From: Acidobacteriota bacterium | GTDB lineage: Bacteria > Acidobacteriota > UBA6911 > RPQK01 > JAJDTT01 | DNA length: 64,000 bases | Assembly: GCA_965217775.1 (NCBI GenBank) | Contig: CBDCJH010000002.1 | Location: forward strand, 4,800,001 to 4,864,000 | Direction: 5' to 3' | In this document: one piece after another, positions 63,030 to 64,000 of the stretch | Numbering within the stretch: position 1 is the first letter of the stretch | How the letters are laid out: each line of letters begins with the position of its first letter | Program-made: the position numbers and the translations under genes | Notes under the pieces: model-generated | The model's input: the letters and a program-made list of their open reading frames with translations, nothing else | What the model was told of the DNA's origin: nothing | Database searches by the model: none

Positions 63030-63434
63030 ATGAGACACCGTCGAAAGGGAAAAAAGCTGGGGCGGACGGCGAGTCACCGGAAAGCGATGATGCGCAATCT
63101 GGTGACCGAGTTCCTGGACAAGGAACGGATCATCACCACCATCTCCAAAGCCAAGGCGTTGCGTCCGGTGGCCGAGAAGATGATCACATTGGGCAAGCGG
63201 GAGAACTTGCATTCCAGGCGGCGAGCTCTGAGCTTCATCCGGCGCAAGTCGGTGGTGTACAAACTCTTCGACGACATTGCCCCCCGTTTCTCCGAGCGCA
63301 ACGGCGGTTACACTCGCATTCTCCGCCTCGGGTTTCGCCAGGGAGATCAGGCGGAGATGGCTCTTTTGGAGTTGGTGGGGAGTGAGTTTGAACCGGTGGT
63401 GCCCGACAAGAAATCGAAGAAAGCGGCCCGATAG
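63030..63434 (+). CDS. rplQ: 50S ribosomal protein L17
   Basis: MRHR..KKLGRT..HRKAM, R.GGYTRI. Confidence 0.99.
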   Translation: MRHRRKGKKLGRTASHRKAMMRNLVTEFLDKERIITTISKAKALRPVAEKMITLGKRENLHSRRRALSFIRRKSVVYKLFDDIAPRFSERNGGYTRILRLGFRQGDQAEMALLELVGSEFEPVVPDKKSKKAAR

Positions 63435-63450
63435 AAGAGACTCGTCTCGT

Positions 63451-64000
63451 ATTGACCCGCCCGCTTCGAAATCGTCCTCCGGACCCTCCTCACTTCCTCC
63501 GATTCACTGCTGGCTGGCAGGGTTCCTGTTTCTCTTCCTCTTCGCTTCTCTCGCCGGATCGGAGAAGTCCCGCCTGACCCTGCAGCATCTCTACGATCCC
63601 CGCACCAAGTTGGACTTCACCGGCTCTCCTCCGGCGGGTCTGCGTTGGTCCCGGGACGGACGCCACTATCTCCACCATCGCAAGCAGTCTTCCACCCTGT
63701 TCACAGTGGACGCCGTCAGCGGAGATTCCCAGATCCTGCTGGATGCGGCGCGACTTCGAAAGGCCCTCTCGGATCCCGATCTCGAGACCTCGAGCAGCGA
63801 CTCCGCCACGCTCGGCCGGTTCCGATTGAGCCCTGACGAGAAGACCATCCTTTTCGATTTCTCCGGGGATCTTTTTCTCTACGATTTGAAGTCGGGAGCG
63901 GCTTCGCGACTGACCCATTCCTCCAAGCGGGAGGAACTGGCCGAGTTCAGCCCCGACGGACGCCTGGTCAGCTTCGTCCGGGAGCAGGACCTCTTCCTGG
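63451..64000 (+). CDS. DPP IV-like S9 peptidase, N-terminal propeller (runs off the window; start codon not identified)
   Basis: open frame reading ..[40 protein letters not shown], preceded by a hydrophobic signal-like stretch. Confidence 0.8.
   Translation, partial: MDPPASKSSSGPSSLPPIHCWLAGFLFLFLFASLAGSEKSRLTLQHLYDPRTKLDFTGSPPAGLRWSRDGRHYLHHRKQSSTLFTVDAVSGDSQILLDAARLRKALSDPDLETSSSDSATLGRFRLSPDEKTILFDFSGDLFLYDLKSGAASRLTHSSKREELAEFSPDGRLVSFVREQDLFL

Overview
GC-rich bacterial chromosome segment from a diderm, LPS-producing organism. Gene content (YpdA, DUF3108, Tat-exported Gfo/Idh/MocA and amidohydrolase, Zn-type S14) suggests Acidobacteriota, which is inference only. Layout: (1) 1-12.4 kb housekeeping genes (hemE, sucCD, ndk, der, IHF-MerR, tRNA-Val, tRNA-Pro). 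(2) 12.5-28.2 kb metabolic and hydrolase genes, including a single-chain EutB-EutC ethanolamine ammonia-lyase with an apparent twin-arginine signal. (3) 28.3-35.6 kb decayed accessory region around tRNA-Ala(CGC): two pseudogenes, two beta-barrel paralogues, an HTH-ImmA/IrrE + DUF4411(PIN) pair, hicBA, a displaced 170-bp copy of a peptidase 3' end, a 25-33 bp palindromic motif at module junctions, and a predicted pseudoknotted non-coding element. (4) rnpB and a waaA-lpxK-waaF-waaC operon. (5) The str-S10-spc-alpha ribosomal protein superoperon (43.4-63.4 kb), which lacks infA. Three families of long-hairpin MITE-like elements (5 copies) sit at stop codons. No CRISPR array, integrase, transposase or reverse transcriptase was recognised. 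All assignments come from motif recognition by eye; no searches were run.
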